This document shows, piece by piece, positions 19,129-29,594 of a stretch of DNA of 64,000 nucleotides. A program made the translations under genes and the position numbers. Source of the stretch: Candidatus Nomurabacteria bacterium (GTDB taxonomy: Bacteria; Patescibacteriota; Minisyncoccia; Phycocordibacterales; UBA9973); NCBI GenBank assembly GCA_016199805.1, contig JACQGC010000005.1:6019-70018 (forward strand). Reading direction: 5' to 3'. The notes beneath the pieces are model-generated. The model did no database searches. It saw nothing but the letters and a program-made list of their open reading frames with translations, and was not told the DNA's origin. Numbering within the stretch: the first letter of the stretch is position 1; each line of letters starts with the position of its first letter.

Positions 19129-20373
19129 TTATCTCCAAGCCGGCTTCCTGTTTATAATGGTGTTGTACATGGCTTGCATGAGCCAAAACGGGGCAACCAA
19201 ACTGAAAATGGGGAAATAATAAAGCATATCCATGGAAAGACCCCATTTCCCTTCAGCCATCCTTCTGCCAAAAATCATCGAAAAGAAGATTAGAGTATAA
19301 GTAAGAATGACCAAGAAAAAGAAAGTTTGGATATTGATAAAAAATGGATCAAAGACAAAATTCTTGACACCCGGGTGAAAACCGACTGCTTCATACATAA
19401 TAATTTTCGAATACACAAAACTGCTGAAATTGTATACAATTCGCACAAAAAGATAAAAAACAGCTGTCACCGAGGCGATACGAACAGGCAGGGTAAAGAC
19501 AGAAAAATTACCGTATTTCTTTTTAAACAATACTCCCCTGTAATCAATGGTATTGTTGATAAAACCAAAAATCCAGCGCAGACGTTGGCGATAAAGCTTC
19601 GGAATAGTTTTAGGTGTATTAGTATAAACATAGGCATCATTGCAGTGTTCTATTTTATAACGATGTTGTTGCATCCTGTAGGCGATTTCCATATCTTCCG
19701 TATTGTGTCCCAGGCGATAACCACCCAAATCATCAAATACTTTTTTTCTGAAAACCGTCAGAGGTCCGGGTGTGACATCGATAGCCCCCAAAAACGAAAG
19801 CATTTTCTTAAAGTAAACACCCATATAATACTCGGCTTTTTGAGCACCTTGAACAAAGTTTTTGGAATTATGCACTATGACAGAAGGAACCACAGCCATC
19901 AGGCCCGGGTCTTTTTCAAAATAGCTCATGATGCGCACAAGCGATTCTGGGTCTGCAAATGAATCGGCATCTAGGCACCCGAAAAAATCAGTTTCCAAAT
20001 TTTTGAGTCCCAGGTTTAGTGCAGTAAATTTCCCTCCGTTTTCTTTATGAAAAATTTTTATATTAGGGTAAGAAGTGAATTTATTTATGATACTCAGAGT
20101 ATTGTCCGTAGACCCGTCGTCAATCAGGAAAATCTTGAGCTTGTCTTTCGGATAATTCATGGAGAGAAGCGACTGGATTGTATTATGAATAGTAGTCTCT
20201 TCATTCCAGCAAGGTACGGCGATGGTAACTGGCGAATAAAATTTCAATTCTATTTTGCCCTTTCGGGTTATTATTTTATTTCTGTTTTCCAGAAAGGTAA
20301 CGAAGAAAAACACCTGCACGTAAACAGATAAAAAAATGAATATATCAAGAATTATGGTTCCGATTGAAGTCAT
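19129..20373 (-). CDS. Family 2 processive glycosyltransferase (membrane)
   Basis: VPCWNEE, DDGSTD, LDADS, TED and QRLRW motifs; flanking TM helices; start reassigned to MTSIG. Confidence 0.9.
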   Translation of the reverse strand: MTSIGTIILDIFIFLSVYVQVFFFVTFLENRNKIITRKGKIELKFYSPVTIAVPCWNEETTIHNTIQSLLSMNYPKDKLKIFLIDDGSTDNTLSIINKFTSYPNIKIFHKENGGKFTALNLGLKNLETDFFGCLDADSFADPESLVRIMSYFEKDPGLMAVVPSVIVHNSKNFVQGAQKAEYYMGVYFKKMLSFLGAIDVTPGPLTVFRKKVFDDLGGYRLGHNTEDMEIAYRMQQHRYKIEHCNDAYVYTNTPKTIPKLYRQRLRWIFGFINNTIDYRGVLFKKKYGNFSVFTLPVRIASVTAVFYLFVRIVYNFSSFVYSKIIMYEAVGFHPGVKNFVFDPFFINIQTFFFLVILTYTLIFFSMIFGRRMAEGKWGLSMDMLYYFPIFSLVAPFWLMQAMYNTIINRKPAWR

Positions 20374-20414
20374 ATATGTGCTATTAACATAGCATTTTTG
20401 GTGAAAAAAGCAAA

Positions 20415-20450
20415 CCCCGCACCAGAGCAAAGCTCGGTACGGGGCAAGCA
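20415..20450. repeat. Intergenic palindromic element (CCCCGYACC...GGTRCGGGG type)
   Basis: CCCCGCACC-AGAGCAAAGCTC-GGTACGGGG-CAAG. Confidence 0.55.
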
Positions 20451-20466
20451 AAAAGCTACTAAAATA

Positions 20467-20745
20467 TTACATTCCCTTGTCCATCCCCTCCGCACTGCAG
20501 GATGCGCAGGCCTCCATGCATTTCTTGCACTTGCAACCGAACATCTGAGCAATCGCCGCGACACCCACCAAGAGGTAAATTATTGCCTCCAGGGTTGGCA
20601 TAGATCCGAAAATCAAATTAATGACATTTAGATTGTTGCCCATCAACATTCCCAAACCTACCAAACCCCAATTTAAACCTCCGATCATTATCAAAACCAT
20701 ACAAATCTTGTGCACCATGCAACCTCCGCATTTTCCATTACACAT
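20467..20745 (-). CDS. DUF378-family small membrane protein with Cys-rich ends
   Basis: LIMIGGLNWGLVG...NVINLIFG...IIYLLVGVAA; start reassigned to MCNGK. Confidence 0.85.
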   Translation of the reverse strand: MCNGKCGGCMVHKICMVLIMIGGLNWGLVGLGMLMGNNLNVINLIFGSMPTLEAIIYLLVGVAAIAQMFGCKCKKCMEACASCSAEGMDKGM

Positions 20746-20838
20746 ATATTTTTTATATGTTAAATAATAATACACAAAGTATACCATGTTCATAAAATAT
20801 GCTACAATGGTTTATTAACAGTTTAATTAAATAAACAA

Positions 20839-21630
20839 ATGGAGGAAAATAATATCGAGTTTACAAACAAAGAAACAGTGGTGGGGAGCAACAAAAACAA
20901 CGGTCCACAACAAATAGCCGGGGCCATCATTTTAGCAGGCATAATAATAGCTGGCGCGGTTTTATTGAAAAGTAATGGGACTCCTTCTACTCCAAACGGA
21001 GCGAATAACGGAGCCCCGGTAATATCCAAAATATCCCCGGTGAACCCAAGCGACAGAGTTCAAGGAAATCCCCAAGCAAAAGTTACCTTGGTTTTGTATG
21101 AGGACTTTCAATGTCCTTTCTGTGGCGCGGTGTCGGGATTGGAACCAAATAGCTTGGTAATACAGTCCTTAAAACAACGAGACCCGAGCTGGTCACCTTT
21201 TATGCTGGGTCTCAAGGACTATATCACGAACGGCAGTGTGCAGTTTGTCTATCGGGACTGGGCCTTTCTCGGAGCAGAGTCTACCCAATCAGCCGAAGCC
21301 GCAAGATGCGCCGGAGACCAGGGAAAATTCTGGGAATTTCATGATTATCTTTATGTCCACCAAAATGGAGAAAATAAAGGAGCCTTTTCCGATGTTCATC
21401 TGAAAGCTTTCGCTAAAACATTGGGACTGGACACCACGGCCTTTGGCCAATGCTTAGACAGCAACAAGTACGCGCAAGCCGTAGCGGACTCCAAAACCGA
21501 GGGAATGGTGGATGGAATCACCGGCACGCCAAAAGGATTTATTTTGGTAAAAGGCAAAATAGTATCGACAATCGATGGAGCTGAATCGTGGACAACGGTA
21601 AAACCAAAAATTGACGCTGCGCTGAAGTAA
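20839..21630 (+). CDS. DsbA-family thioredoxin-fold oxidoreductase
   Basis: TM anchor; G.P.AKVT...YEDFQCPFC, AARCAGDQGKFWEFHD and GITGTP. Confidence 0.9.
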   Translation: MEENNIEFTNKETVVGSNKNNGPQQIAGAIILAGIIIAGAVLLKSNGTPSTPNGANNGAPVISKISPVNPSDRVQGNPQAKVTLVLYEDFQCPFCGAVSGLEPNSLVIQSLKQRDPSWSPFMLGLKDYITNGSVQFVYRDWAFLGAESTQSAEAARCAGDQGKFWEFHDYLYVHQNGENKGAFSDVHLKAFAKTLGLDTTAFGQCLDSNKYAQAVADSKTEGMVDGITGTPKGFILVKGKIVSTIDGAESWTTVKPKIDAALK

Positions 21631-21637
21631 AAACAAA

Positions 21638-21684
21638 AACAAAGTAAAAAAATTCCCCAATATGGGGAATTTTTTTACTTTGTT
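21638..21684. terminator. Bidirectional terminator between convergent dsbA-like gene and rpoD
   Basis: AACAAAGTAAAAAAATTCCCCA-ATA-TGGGGAATTTTTTTACTTTGTT, a long perfect inverted repeat. Confidence 0.85.
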
Positions 21685-22918
21685 AGTCGAAGTAATTTTT
21701 TAAACGAGAAATTTTCTCGTGCTGTCGGAGCTTTTCATGCACCTTGGCTTCAATCTGGCGGATGCGCTCACGGGTCACGCCGAATTCTTCCCCCACTCTC
21801 TCCAGAGTGTGCTGTATACCGTCTATGAGCCCGTAACGCATTTCCAGAATTTTGCGTTCTTTCGGGTTGAGCTCGTCTAAGACTTCGCGGATTTGATCGG
21901 AAAGAATTCGACGGGAAGATTCCTGGTCTGGACGCAAGATTTTGTCGTCCGGAATAAAGTTTTCCAGAGTGGATTTATCATCATCGTCCCCGACTGGCTG
22001 CTCGAGCGACACTGTCTCTTGGGAAATGTTTTCGATGACATGAATCTTTTCGACAGGTATACCCATCTCGGTGGCTATCTCTTCAGCTAACGGTTCACGG
22101 CCCAAGTCTTGCGAGAGGCGGCGGTGAGTCTGTTTGTATTTGGAAATTGTCTCCACCATATGTACCGGAATACGAATAGTGCGGGATTGGTCGGCCAAGG
22201 CGCGGGTAATGGATTGGCGAATCCACCAGGTGGCATAAGTGGAAAATTTATAACCCTTAGTCCAGTCGAACTTCTCTACAGCCTTGAACAGTCCAAGATT
22301 TCCTTCTTGAATCAAATCAAGTAAAGTCAGGTTCGCACTTCGCCCCACATATTTTTTGGCGATAGAAACCACCAAGCGCAGGTTGGCTCGGGCCAGCAGA
22401 TTTTTAGCCTCTTCGTCACCGTGTTCGATACGTTTAGCCAAGTCCTTCTCGTCACTCGCATGAATGAGCGGGTACTGCCCTATTTCCTTCAGGTACATCT
22501 GGATGGAATCATGCATGGACCCTTTATTCAAATCCTTATCGTTCAAATCAATATCCAAGTTAAGCAAGTTTCCGCCTTCGAGTACGTCGATACCGGCCAC
22601 GGCAAACTTTTCATAAAGCTCGTCCAAAAAGAGAATGTTGTTTTCTATGTCTGGGAAAGTTTTCAATATCTCGTCGTAAGTGATAAACCCGCGCTTTCTG
22701 CCTTTTTCTATTATTCCGTTTGCCAAAACGTCCAAGGCCTCGGCTTTTTTCTCAACAGAAGATAGTTTTTTTGCTTTTGTTCCCGACCCATGTCGGGATC
22801 CCGACTTTGGTCGGGACTTTTTGACTTTTTTTGCGGGTTTCTTGACCTTTTTAACTGGTTTTTTAGTTTTTTTGACGGCTTTATTTTTTTTATTTATTTT
22901 TTTGTTTTTCTTTTTCAT
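21683..22918 (-). CDS. rpoD: RNA polymerase primary sigma factor (sigma70) with Lys-rich N-terminus
   Basis: [45 protein letters not shown] and [10 protein letters not shown]; follows dnaG. Confidence 0.97.
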   Translation of the reverse strand: MKKKNKKINKKNKAVKKTKKPVKKVKKPAKKVKKSRPKSGSRHGSGTKAKKLSSVEKKAEALDVLANGIIEKGRKRGFITYDEILKTFPDIENNILFLDELYEKFAVAGIDVLEGGNLLNLDIDLNDKDLNKGSMHDSIQMYLKEIGQYPLIHASDEKDLAKRIEHGDEEAKNLLARANLRLVVSIAKKYVGRSANLTLLDLIQEGNLGLFKAVEKFDWTKGYKFSTYATWWIRQSITRALADQSRTIRIPVHMVETISKYKQTHRRLSQDLGREPLAEEIATEMGIPVEKIHVIENISQETVSLEQPVGDDDDKSTLENFIPDDKILRPDQESSRRILSDQIREVLDELNPKERKILEMRYGLIDGIQHTLERVGEEFGVTRERIRQIEAKVHEKLRQHEKISRLKNYFD

Positions 22919-22943
22919 TTTTTTGCTAATGCTTAAGGCCTAG

Positions 22944-24680
22944 TTACCTAGCGCCTGTGTTAAAACGACCGTTTTTAATGTTTTCTTTTTTCTTGTTTAA
23001 TTCACTTATTTCTTTTAAAATTCTTTTTCCTGTTTCTTCTTCTTTGGTTTGCCTTAATTCCATCATTTTTTTATTTAATTCTTCGTTTATATTTTCCTCT
23101 TCGAGATTTAGAAACATTTCGTTGACACTTTTTTTTAAATCTTCGTTGTTTGAGTAAAACACTTCCGCTTCAAATATCAGGTCTTCTTTTATGTTTTCAA
23201 ACTTTTTGTCAATTTCTCCCAGTTTTTCCAGAATCTTTTTAAAATCTACAATTGGTTCAGCAACCGATTGCTGCCAAAGAGCTATCCCTAAAAGCTTTCG
23301 CTCAATGTAATCTTTTCTGTACAACTTATTTAAGGCCTCCCCGGCTACTTTTATCTCATCTTTCTCGTATTTTTGTTCTTGCTCAATATTTTTTAAATCA
23401 TCCTGAAGGGCACTTTCTTTAATTCCGGACAAATCGCTTATTTTTTTCACAAAGTACGCTTTCTCTATGGAGCTCTCTAGCGCGTTGACGAACGGAAGTA
23501 TCACAACTTTTATTTCCCTGCCCGCCTTGCGCATATCTCCTTTGCAGTTTTTTAAAACTTTTTTCAAAAGAAATTCTATAATGTGTTTTGAATTTTTTAT
23601 TGCTTCTTTCCATGCTTCTACTCCATTCTTTGAAATCAAATCTGCCGGGTCCACACCTTCCGGCATTTCCACCACTTTTACATCCATGCCGAGCGAAAGA
23701 GCAATTTTACCAGCCCGAATGGTAGCATTGGCCCCTGCCTTGTCGGCATCGAAACTGAGCACAATATTACCGGAGAGCCTGCGGATAAGTCCCAAATTGG
23801 AAACGACATGTTCTTTGGATACGGTAGAGTCTGCCAAAGCGGTGCCGGATGTGGACACTGTGTTTTTATACCCTGCCTGGTGCGACAATATCAAATCCAT
23901 TTGGCCCTCGACCAAGATGGAAAAATTATTTTTGCGAATGGAATCTTTGGCTTTGTCTATCCCAAATAGCACTGCGTTTTTACTGAAAATTGGCGTCTCG
24001 GGGCTGTTTAGATATTTGGCCGATTTGCCATCATCTACAAAAATTCTACCGGAGAAAGCTATCACCCGCCCGCTCGAATCAGAAATCGGAAACATTATAC
24101 GTCCGCGAAATCTGTCGTACCATGCTTTCATGGCATTATCTTTGACTAGACCGGCACGTTCCATAATTTTATCGCTAAAATTCTTAGACTTTAGGTGTTC
24201 AAAGAGCTTGTGCCAGTCAAGCAATGCAAACCCGATTCTAAAATCTTTTATAGATTTATCGTTCAGTCCTCTGTTTTTCAAATACTCCAGAACTTCCTGA
24301 TTATTTACCAAATTATTTTCAAAAAATTTAGTAGCTTCTTCCATTACCCTATACAACTTCTCTTTCTCACTTTCCGCTTCCTTCATCTCCAGGCTGTAAA
24401 CCTCAAGTTGCACTCCGGCCCGGTCTGCGAGTAGCCGGAGCGCGCCCTTGAAATCCAAACCTTCAAATTCTTCCACGAAAGTAAATATGTCTCCCGAAGC
24501 TCCGCAGCCGAAGCAATAGTATGTCCCCCGGTCTACAGACACAAAGAAAGACGGAGTCTTTTCGTTGTGAAAAGGACATCGGGCTTTCAGGTTTGATCCT
24601 GCCCGCTCCAGCTTTATATAAGAAGAGACCACTTCTTCAATTGACAGTCTTTCCTTTATTTTTGCAACGGGAGAATTCAT
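22944..24680 (-). CDS. dnaG: DNA primase
   Basis: CPFHNEKTPSF zinc finger, DRFRGRIMFPI, KYLNSPET, and TOPRIM motifs VEGQMD and FDADKAG. Confidence 0.97.
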   Translation of the reverse strand: MNSPVAKIKERLSIEEVVSSYIKLERAGSNLKARCPFHNEKTPSFFVSVDRGTYYCFGCGASGDIFTFVEEFEGLDFKGALRLLADRAGVQLEVYSLEMKEAESEKEKLYRVMEEATKFFENNLVNNQEVLEYLKNRGLNDKSIKDFRIGFALLDWHKLFEHLKSKNFSDKIMERAGLVKDNAMKAWYDRFRGRIMFPISDSSGRVIAFSGRIFVDDGKSAKYLNSPETPIFSKNAVLFGIDKAKDSIRKNNFSILVEGQMDLILSHQAGYKNTVSTSGTALADSTVSKEHVVSNLGLIRRLSGNIVLSFDADKAGANATIRAGKIALSLGMDVKVVEMPEGVDPADLISKNGVEAWKEAIKNSKHIIEFLLKKVLKNCKGDMRKAGREIKVVILPFVNALESSIEKAYFVKKISDLSGIKESALQDDLKNIEQEQKYEKDEIKVAGEALNKLYRKDYIERKLLGIALWQQSVAEPIVDFKKILEKLGEIDKKFENIKEDLIFEAEVFYSNNEDLKKSVNEMFLNLEEENINEELNKKMMELRQTKEEETGKRILKEISELNKKKENIKNGRFNTGAR

Positions 24681-24683
24681 AAT

Positions 24684-25208
24684 TTATTTTGTAAACTTAA
24701 AGGTGGAAAGAATTTGGTCGAATAATTTAACATCTAGCTTGTTATTTATTGCTATATAATCTTGTTTGTTATTCTGGCTAAAAGAATAAGAGATCTCACC
24801 ACAATCGTCTTCCCGATTCATACTAATACCATTAATAATTTTTGTTGTTGTTTGAGTGTCATAACACCCCTCGCCAAAACTAAATCCTGGATTATTTATT
24901 ATTAAAGAAAATCCTTTTTCTGTATTAGTTGAATCAGTCACAGCCAAAGTGTTAACCACACCACCAGTTTTATTCTCTGAATAGGAAAAATTTGCTGGAT
25001 ACTGAAATTCGAAACCATACTTATTGCTTGTATAAGTTTTCCAATTTGCTGTTTCGTACGCAGTAGTTACTGGAACTTGCTGGACAGCCGGCTCCGAGCT
25101 TTTCTCCAACATTCTTGTGAAAGCAAAATATCCGCCAATTAACACAAGCAGAACTGCAGCCACTCCAACCACAAACCCACCTACAAAACCTTTTTGACTA
25201 TTTTTCAT
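24684..25208 (-). CDS. Hypothetical membrane-anchored protein (pilin-like KGF leader, PsbP-like WKTY motif)
   Basis: MKNSQKGF followed by a hydrophobic helix; NWKTYTSNKYGFEFQYP...FDQILSTFKF. Confidence 0.7.
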   Translation of the reverse strand: MKNSQKGFVGGFVVGVAAVLLVLIGGYFAFTRMLEKSSEPAVQQVPVTTAYETANWKTYTSNKYGFEFQYPANFSYSENKTGGVVNTLAVTDSTNTEKGFSLIINNPGFSFGEGCYDTQTTTKIINGISMNREDDCGEISYSFSQNNKQDYIAINNKLDVKLFDQILSTFKFTK

Positions 25209-25238
25209 ACTATTTTGTTAAATTGTTAATAATTTTGC

Positions 25239-25266
25239 TTGACATTTTGTTTGTATTTGCTATACT
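25239..25266 (+). promoter_or_regulatory. Near-consensus sigma70 promoter with no downstream sense gene
   Basis: TTGACA, 16-nt spacer ending in TGc, then TATACT; faces the 3' end of the NYN gene. Confidence 0.55.
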
Positions 25267-25280
25267 ATGGGTATTCCTTC

Positions 25281-25311
25281 GAAAAAGTCGCGCTTCGCGG
25301 CTTTTTCTTTT
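25281..25311. terminator. Bidirectional terminator-like hairpin
   Basis: GAAAAAGTCGCG-CTT-CGCGGCTTTTTC followed by TTTT. Confidence 0.7.
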
Positions 25312-25319
25312 TGTCTCAA

Positions 25320-25922
25320 TTATACTGCTTTTTGAATAATTTTCTTTATATTCTGTAATTCTATCAATTGAACAGGGCTGCCTTCTTGATTTGTAAGTTT
25401 TTTCAACTTTTTTGAAAGGCGTTTATATCCGCTATTTTCTACAGGAAGCGCGCTTGAGAAAATACGAACTTTTGTTTCTCTTTTAATGATTTCTTCTATC
25501 AAGAAAGCAAAATCTCCATCACCTGTAAACAACAAAACCTCTGTATCTGCTTCAGAATTTTTTAGGACATCGAGCGTCATTTCTACGTCACAATTACATT
25601 TCCAAGAATACCCCATATCAACTTTATGAACCACATCTATTTTACAATTCGGGCAAATAACGCTGCTTACCTTGTCCTGATTTTTATAAACACGATATTC
25701 TTTTGCGCGAACAATAACTTCAGATTTATTGCTAGTTAAATTAAGAAATAGATTTTTTCTAATTTCATCGTTTTCTTGTATTCCAGGATAAAAGAAGATT
25801 TTTTCACAATTCCAACGTGTCTCCAGATAATTAATTAGTTTTTGCCAATCAAAAATAAAGTTTAACACTTTTAATGCTGTTGTTTCTGTATTTTGAACAT
25901 CTATAAAGGCAAATGTTTTCAT
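25320..25922 (-). CDS. NYN/LabA (PIN-like) domain protein with CxxC insert
   Basis: AFIDVQN, KCNCDVEM.LD and LFTGDGDF acidic motifs; CPNC; AT-rich. Confidence 0.85.
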   Translation of the reverse strand: MKTFAFIDVQNTETTALKVLNFIFDWQKLINYLETRWNCEKIFFYPGIQENDEIRKNLFLNLTSNKSEVIVRAKEYRVYKNQDKVSSVICPNCKIDVVHKVDMGYSWKCNCDVEMTLDVLKNSEADTEVLLFTGDGDFAFLIEEIIKRETKVRIFSSALPVENSGYKRLSKKLKKLTNQEGSPVQLIELQNIKKIIQKAV

Positions 25923-25973
25923 ATTAGATTTAACACAAAAACTATTACAAACCTCGTTCTCTTTATTTATGGA

Positions 25974-28900
25974 TTATTTTTCAAGAACAACCTTACTCTT
26001 GAATCCGGTTCCGGCTGGAATGAGTCTTCCTATTATCACATTTTCCTTCAAACCTCGGAGATTGTCCACTCCCCCTTTGATGGCGTTTTCGATGAGGACT
26101 CGGTTGGTGTTTTGGAATGATGCCGCTGAGAGCCAGGATTTGGTTCGGAGTGATACTTCGGTAATACCTAGAACCACTATTTCCGCGGTGGCTTTTTTAC
26201 CATTTGTGTCTTCCACTCTGAAATTCTCTTCAATGAAAGCGGTATTTTCCACTATGTCTCCGGTAGAGAAATTGGTTTCTCCGGCATCTTTTATCTTTCG
26301 GCGGGAGAACATCTGGCGAATAATTATTTCGGTGTGCTTCCTTGAAATAGAGGCGCTTTGCAATTCGTAGACTTTGTTTATTTCCTGAATGATATATTCT
26401 TCAACCAATTCTTTGCTTCCAAGCTTGAACATCTCGGCAATGTCGGCGGAACCATCGGTCAGAAGCTGGCCTTTTTTGACGGAATCCCCGGCTTTGACTA
26501 CCGGTGTTCGGCGGAAAGCAACGAGATATTCCATTTCATTTTTCTTGCCATCTTCTTTGCTGTCAGAAAGAACTTTGATTATTTTTTCTTTACCATCTTT
26601 GGCGGTAATAGAAATCACTTCTCCGTCAGTCTCGGAAATAATAGCCGGATTTTTAGGAATTCTTCTTTCGAAGATTTCTTCGACACGAGGCAGACCGGTG
26701 GTGATATCCGTTCCCGCCACACCTCCGGCATGGAATGTTCGGAGCGTGAGCTGGGTACCCGGTTCGCCGATAGCTTGCGCGGCGATGATACCGACAGCTT
26801 CACCTTCTTTTACCAAATGGTTTCTACCAAGGTCGAGTCCGTAACATTGAACACACAGACCGTGCACTGTTTTACAGGTGAGTGGTGAGCGGACGAATAC
26901 TTCTTTGAATCCTGCTCCTTCAATATTGTAAGCTTCTTCTTTGGTTACCAAGAATCCTCTCTTGTAAACCACTTTACCGCTTTCATCTTTCAAATCTGCG
27001 GCAAGCACGCGTCCGCGAATGTTTTTCGAAAGCGGAATTTCCATTCCGGAAATATTTTCCTTGGAAACCATTTTACCTTCTTTGGTTCCGCAGTCTTCTT
27101 CGGTGATGACGACATCTTGCGCCACATCCACCAATCTTCGGGTCAGATACCCGGCCTTGGCGGTGTTTAGCGCGGTGTCAGAGGCTCCCTTCCTAGCTCC
27201 GTGAGTAATGACGAAATATTCAATCGGGGAAAGACCTTCCTGATAACAAGGAATAATCGGGAATTCCAATGTCTTGCCTTGGTTGTTTTGGATAAGTCCA
27301 ATCATACCGGTCATCTGCATCAAGCTGGACATCGTGCCTCTGGCTTTGGAAGTAAACAAGTCATAAGTTGAACCGGTTTTATCCAAAGTTTTTGGTAAAA
27401 CTTTTTCCAACTCTTTCTTGGTATGAGTCCAGATTTCAATAATCTTTTGATATTTTTCTTCTTCCGAAAGCAAACCTTCGCTCCATTCCGAGATTATTTG
27501 TTCCTCGAGTTTTTTACCTTCGGCAATAATTTTTGGCTTCTCGGCAGATACGGAGACATTGTCCAGTCCCCAAGTCGTGCCAGAAACAGTGGAATATTTA
27601 AAACCGAATGCTTTAATCTTGTCGAGAATAGCCGGAGTACTGTCCACGCCGCAATGCACTATAAGTTCATCGAGGAGTGCTATCAGCCTGTCCTGGGTCA
27701 TTTCATCATTTAGGTAAGCGAAGTCGGACGGGAGAATACTGTTGAAAAGAAGTTTTCCGACAGATGTTTCAAAAATTCCTCCATCAAATTTTCTGTACTT
27801 GTGCGAATCGGTCGCCAAAACTTTTATTTTGGCGCGGAAAGAAATGATACCGTAATCATAGGCAGTGATGGCGGTGTTTGGGCTTGCAAAATATTTACCT
27901 TCCCCAAGTTCGCCTTCCACCGATTTGGTCATCCAATAACTTCCAAGCACCATATCCATGCGAGGGTTCACTATAGGTTCGCCGTTTTGAGGCTTGAGTA
28001 AATTTTTATTTGAGGCCATCAATTCTTTCGCTTCTCTCTGCGCTTCTTCCAAGAGCGGAACATATACGGCCATCTGGTCTCCGTCGAAGTCGGCATTGAA
28101 AGCCTGACAAACGAGAGGGTGCACCTGCACGGCGTTTCCTTCTATTAGAATAGGATTGAACGCTTGAATACCGAGGCGGTGTAAAGTAGGCGCGCGGTTT
28201 AGGAGCACGTACTTACCTTTAATCACTTCTTCCAACATTTCCCAGACGACACTGTCGCGCTCTTCTATCAGCTTGTTGGCTCCACGAATGTTGAAGGCCA
28301 ATTCGGCTTGCAAAATTTTTGAAATAACGAATGGTCGGAATAGCTCAAGAGCCATGTGTTTCGGCAATCCACATTGGTTCAATTTTAGGTCCGGACCGAC
28401 GACGATAACGCTGCGACCGGAATAGTCTACACGCTTGCCTAGCAGGTTCTGTCGGAAAAGACCTTGCTTGGATTTCAAGTTGTCAGAAAGAGATTTAAGA
28501 GGGCGCTTTTGGGACTGGCTCATTGCTGCAGAGTCATTCTGCTTGGCGATGGAGTTGTCTATGAGCGCATCCACAGCTTCCTGAATGATTCTTTTTTCGT
28601 TTCGGAGGATTACGTCCGGGGCATTGATTTCTTTCAGTTTTTTTAGACGATTGTTTCTGTTGATAACCCGGCGGTACAAATCGTTCAAGTCACTCGTCGC
28701 ATGTCTGCCTCCATCGAGAGCCACCATCGGGCGGAGCACCGGTGGAATGACTGGAATAACCGTCAAAAACATCCACTCCGGCCTGATGTTGGCGTAAGTC
28801 ATGGCGCGAATGAGCGAGAGTCTTTTTTGTAGTTTTTCTTTTTCAACCGCACTGGCTTTTTCCAACATCTTTTCCGTCAAATGTTTCAGCTTGTTCAAAT

Positions 28901-29576
28901 CAAGATTCTTGAAGATAGTGTAAATGGCTTCCGCGCCGATGTTGGCTTCAAAACAAGTACCGTATTTCAAGGAATAATGATGGAAGGATATTTCATTTAA
29001 AACTTTTCCTTCATAAATTTCTCCGATTTCTTTTTTGGTAATCGAGAGCAAAGTTTTCAACTTCTCCCGGGTATCGTTATCGGCTGAATTTTTTGATTTG
29101 GTCTTGAATTCTCTGTCCAAGTTCGAAAGGATAGTTTCCTTTTCGTCTTCGTGAACCTTGGTGATGATGTATCCGGCGAAATATATAACCTTTTCCAAAT
29201 CGGAAACGGAAATATTTAAGAGAATACTCATTCGGGAAGGCACGCCACGCAAGAACCAGATATGGGAAACCGGAGTGGAAAGTTCGATGTGGCCCATGCG
29301 TTCTCGGCGAACGATAGAACGGGTGACTTCGACTCCGCATTTCTCGCAGATGATATCTTTGTAACGAATTCGGCGGTATTTTCCGCAGTAACATTCATAG
29401 TCCTTCTCCGGTCCGAAAATTTTCTCGTCGAAAAGACCTCCGCGCTCACTTCGGCCGGTTCGGTAATTTATGGTTTCCGGTTTGGTCACTTCTCCGAAAG
29501 ACCATTCTTTTATTTGCTCGGGCGACGCAAGTCGGAGAGCAATGGAATCAAATTCTGTTGTATTTAGTGTTTTCAT
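25974..29576 (-). CDS. rpoC: RNA polymerase beta' subunit
   Basis: KPETINYRT, Zn finger, [15 protein letters not shown] and catalytic NADFDGDQM. Confidence 0.99.
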   Translation of the reverse strand: MKTLNTTEFDSIALRLASPEQIKEWSFGEVTKPETINYRTGRSERGGLFDEKIFGPEKDYECYCGKYRRIRYKDIICEKCGVEVTRSIVRRERMGHIELSTPVSHIWFLRGVPSRMSILLNISVSDLEKVIYFAGYIITKVHEDEKETILSNLDREFKTKSKNSADNDTREKLKTLLSITKKEIGEIYEGKVLNEISFHHYSLKYGTCFEANIGAEAIYTIFKNLDLNKLKHLTEKMLEKASAVEKEKLQKRLSLIRAMTYANIRPEWMFLTVIPVIPPVLRPMVALDGGRHATSDLNDLYRRVINRNNRLKKLKEINAPDVILRNEKRIIQEAVDALIDNSIAKQNDSAAMSQSQKRPLKSLSDNLKSKQGLFRQNLLGKRVDYSGRSVIVVGPDLKLNQCGLPKHMALELFRPFVISKILQAELAFNIRGANKLIEERDSVVWEMLEEVIKGKYVLLNRAPTLHRLGIQAFNPILIEGNAVQVHPLVCQAFNADFDGDQMAVYVPLLEEAQREAKELMASNKNLLKPQNGEPIVNPRMDMVLGSYWMTKSVEGELGEGKYFASPNTAITAYDYGIISFRAKIKVLATDSHKYRKFDGGIFETSVGKLLFNSILPSDFAYLNDEMTQDRLIALLDELIVHCGVDSTPAILDKIKAFGFKYSTVSGTTWGLDNVSVSAEKPKIIAEGKKLEEQIISEWSEGLLSEEEKYQKIIEIWTHTKKELEKVLPKTLDKTGSTYDLFTSKARGTMSSLMQMTGMIGLIQNNQGKTLEFPIIPCYQEGLSPIEYFVITHGARKGASDTALNTAKAGYLTRRLVDVAQDVVITEEDCGTKEGKMVSKENISGMEIPLSKNIRGRVLAADLKDESGKVVYKRGFLVTKEEAYNIEGAGFKEVFVRSPLTCKTVHGLCVQCYGLDLGRNHLVKEGEAVGIIAAQAIGEPGTQLTLRTFHAGGVAGTDITTGLPRVEEIFERRIPKNPAIISETDGEVISITAKDGKEKIIKVLSDSKEDGKKNEMEYLVAFRRTPVVKAGDSVKKGQLLTDGSADIAEMFKLGSKELVEEYIIQEINKVYELQSASISRKHTEIIIRQMFSRRKIKDAGETNFSTGDIVENTAFIEENFRVEDTNGKKATAEIVVLGITEVSLRTKSWLSAASFQNTNRVLIENAIKGGVDNLRGLKENVIIGRLIPAGTGFKSKVVLEK

Positions 29577-29594
29577 ATTATTTATTTGATTTGA

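Noticed and set aside
23467-24300. Long + strand ORFs opposite dnaG (and similar ones opposite gyrB, ligA, rpoBC and the GT2 gene)
   Set aside because: Antisense shadows of well-supported genes.
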